The translations under genes and the position numbers were made by a program. Positions 61,591 to 64,000 of a stretch of 64,000 bases of DNA are shown one piece after another. The stretch is from Podarcis tiliguerta. Lineage: Eukaryota. Position 1 is the first letter of the stretch. The number at the start of each line of letters is the position of its first letter. The DNA is taken from assembly GCA_965153285.1 (NCBI GenBank), contig OZ229117.1; one strand, 5' to 3'. The notes under the pieces are model-generated. The model was not told the origin of the DNA and made no database searches. It saw only the letters and a program-made list of their open reading frames with translations.

Positions 61591-62350
61591 GTATGTTGGC
61601 AACCCTTTGGGCAAATTTTAAATATTTGGGGCCTAATTCATTTAGGGCTTTAAACACTAATAAAAAGCATCTTGAACTGGGCCTTGATCAAGAAATAAGT
61701 ACTGTATATGTGCTCAGGAACACTCCCATCATCATCGGCATTATGATTATTACTTTTATTATGATAATTACTGATGCTACTACTACATATTCCATGGCTG
61801 AGACCAGTCTTTAAACAAAAGTCTGGGCTGTAGCTCTGATGTGCCTTGGCTCAGATGCAAGCTTGGGGTGACTTTCTGCACCTCCTTGGACCAGGAGGGG
61901 CAGCCTTTGGCCTAGTTTCATAAGTCCTTGGCAAGCAATCATTTCAGGCCTCAGGAGTCTGTCCCAGCAGCCTGCTGGGCAGGGTAGGAAGAGAGGGGAA
62001 GAGGTGTGAGAGAGCAGCGGGGGGGGGGGGTAGAGAGAAAGAGAGGTGGCTCCGCCTACCGCTGGCTTTAGCCCTGCCCACAGTCAGCATGTGGCCCCCA
62101 AGGAAACCCAGCCCTTGTCAGGAAACCTGCTACCTGTCCCTGTCTTCAAACACCCCATGCAGACTGCAGGGTTCCTGTGAGTTGATATGATCTTAGTGAA
62201 GTTTCCAGTTTCATCTGCAGAAGGAAAGCTCAGCATTTAGCTCCTGCCTTTCTTCCTGTGCCCCTTCCCCATAATTTTTTCATTACGCCCCTTCGCTTTG
62301 CTCAATTTCTGCTATGTTTCCTCCCTGTCCCTGTCTTTTTTTCCTCTCAG

Positions 62351-62514
62351 GAAAATCCCTGAACCAGACAGCCCCACCCCCAATGCCAATTCTCTCCCAG
62401 TCGGAAGCAAAGAACCCGCGCATCAACCAGCTTTCGGCCCGCTGGCAGCAGGTGTGGTTGCTGGCACTTGAGCGGCAACGCAAGCTCAACGATGCCCTGG
62501 ATCGGCTGGAAGAG
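62351..62514 (+). CDS. MACF1: MACF1 exon [10 protein letters not shown]...LDRLEE (1-0); last exon found before the EF-hand region
   Basis: ctcag|GA ... GAG|gtaacc, 164 nt. Confidence 0.95.
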
Positions 62515-63103
62515 GTAACCACTTCCCCTTTTCCATGTGCACAGGGAACCCCTTCCCAGGCCAGAAAGCAAAGCCCCAGCTGAGAGAAGCTGGGCCATGA
62601 TGGTGTAGCAGTTCTCCCAAAGGCCTGACTTCCAGGGGTTCTGTACAGAGCTCTCTTCCTGTTGGGAGCAAAACGAAGGTGCTGCTACCAGTTTCCAGCT
62701 ACAGGAACTGTAGCTTCCTGGTTTTCTTGATGGTGCACCTCACTCTCCCTTCAAAGGAAAGTCAGTGGGTGGAAGCTTGTATACAGCCTTTCCATCTCCC
62801 TTGGGTGAAGGAGGTAGTGCAGTGAGGCTGGAGCAGGGGAAGGCAAACTGCCTTCTCATTTCCTTTCCCAAACTGGCCCTGCTTTAAGGCTGCTTTTCAG
62901 GGTCTGCAAGTCTTCACCACATTTCCTGTTTCCCTCTTGGTGCTGTGGGGTGTGCTTGTTGGGGTGAGCAAGCCTAGGCAGGGGCCTCACCTATCCCTGC
63001 CCCCTAAAAAAGAGAGCAATATCTTAGTAGTCTAGCAACTAAATAACTTCATGATTGTTTTGCCTTGTGTAAGCTAGAAAAATTACTGGTTTTTAATTTA
63101 TTC

Positions 63104-63545
63104 TTTTTTTTTTTAATAATAATATTTATTAGAAGTTTAAAAGTTACAGAAAATAAACAAAAGAAAAAAAGAAAAAGGTGAAAAAAAGAAAAAAGAGTCA
63201 ATACATAAAAAAGAACAAAAAAAACAGAATACATCAGAACACAAACAAAAACAATTAAAAACACATCAAATATTTATCCTTATCTTTCATTAACTTATTT
63301 CCTCGACCTCTTCACATCTCCCTTTTTTGTATTCCAGTTATTAACTATATCAGCAAATCCTTTCCATCTTTCACTGCTTTCTGTCATTTAATTGTCTTAA
63401 TTCATTTTAACTTTATCTTACCATCAAAACCTTAACATTTATTTATACTTAACTCCTTATAATATTTCTACTAAAGTCATGTAATTTCATTCCAACATTT
63501 CCTAACATTCATTAATTTTACAATATTTCTCTAAATAAATTTTTA
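63104..63545 (-). mobile_element. 5'-truncated L1-like LINE (ORF2 end, 3' UTR, poly-A) with target-site duplication
   Basis: The minus strand reads KIYLEKYCKINEC-stop, then an AT-rich UTR, AATAAA and poly-A. TSD TAATTTATTCT at 63094-63104 and 63546-63556. Confidence 0.7.
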
Positions 63546-64000
63546 TAATTTATTCTATGCCACTATAATAATAATTACGATTTCTGTGCCTCTCTATTCA
63601 TATATGAGTTCACAGTCATTTACAATTTGACAATACCAGCTAGATAATTAGCGAAGGTAAAACCACTGAGGCAAAACAGGTAATGCAAAGTCTGTACAAC
63701 AGCAGCAGTGCCCAAAATGGAGAGCAGGGCAAAGGGGCAAGTGTGGAATTTGTATCTTGACTGCTTTCTGCCCAACCACGCTGCTTTCGGGGAACCAGGT
63801 CCAACTTTTCCACTCCTCCATAGCCCTGTTCAGGCATTACTCACTAAAAGACGAAGAAGAAAAAACACAGATGGATGGTAACTGGCAGGGCATACTTTTA
63901 GCCCACCCCAAATCCATGCAGTTGCTCTTGGCCCCTTGCCCTTGGTGTACAATTAAGAGCCCTGGTAAAACAGGATTCTCAGTTGCACAGGAAGCCATTA

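Larger units (their letters stand above)
1..64000 (+). other. MACF1: Internal part of the MACF1 (microtubule-actin crosslinking factor 1) gene: a large intron with an alternative promoter/first exon, then the C-terminal spectrin-repeat exons
   Basis: 34 exons with GT-AG boundaries and compatible phases join into a 5550-nt open frame. It matches recalled human MACF1 peptides ([92 protein letters not shown]). The nested KIAA0754-type exon favours MACF1 over DST. Confidence 0.97.

Noticed and set aside
62515-64000. EF-hand exon (LKEFANFDFDVW) or a further microexon
   Set aside because: No matching sequence found; presumably beyond the window end.

Overview
Vertebrate genomic DNA. The repeat content points to a squamate reptile, probably a lacertid lizard (inference). 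The whole window lies inside the spectraplakin gene MACF1 on the + strand. Positions 1-30015 are one very large intron containing a CpG-island internal promoter (~16.7-18.5 kb) and the KIAA0754-type giant exon (ATG 18758, stop 22117, in-frame internal donor after 22072). From 30016 to 62514 I traced 34 GT-AG-bounded exons, including a 9-nt microexon, that join into one open frame of 5550 nt (1850 aa, roughly 17 spectrin repeats). This ends just before the EF-hand/GAR exons, which I did not find in the window. Introns carry CR1, L2 and L1 fragments, tRNA-derived SINEs, palindromic MITEs, a Tc1/mariner-type MITE and a 3'-truncated U6 retrocopy with target-site duplication. The best candidate for something undescribed is a cryptic 232-nt intron (18525-18756) that would fuse a strong-Kozak uORF in frame to the MGKPLS start, potentially switching N-myristoylation of the short MACF1 isoform on or off. 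Homology calls are from memory of human MACF1/KIAA0754; no searches were run.
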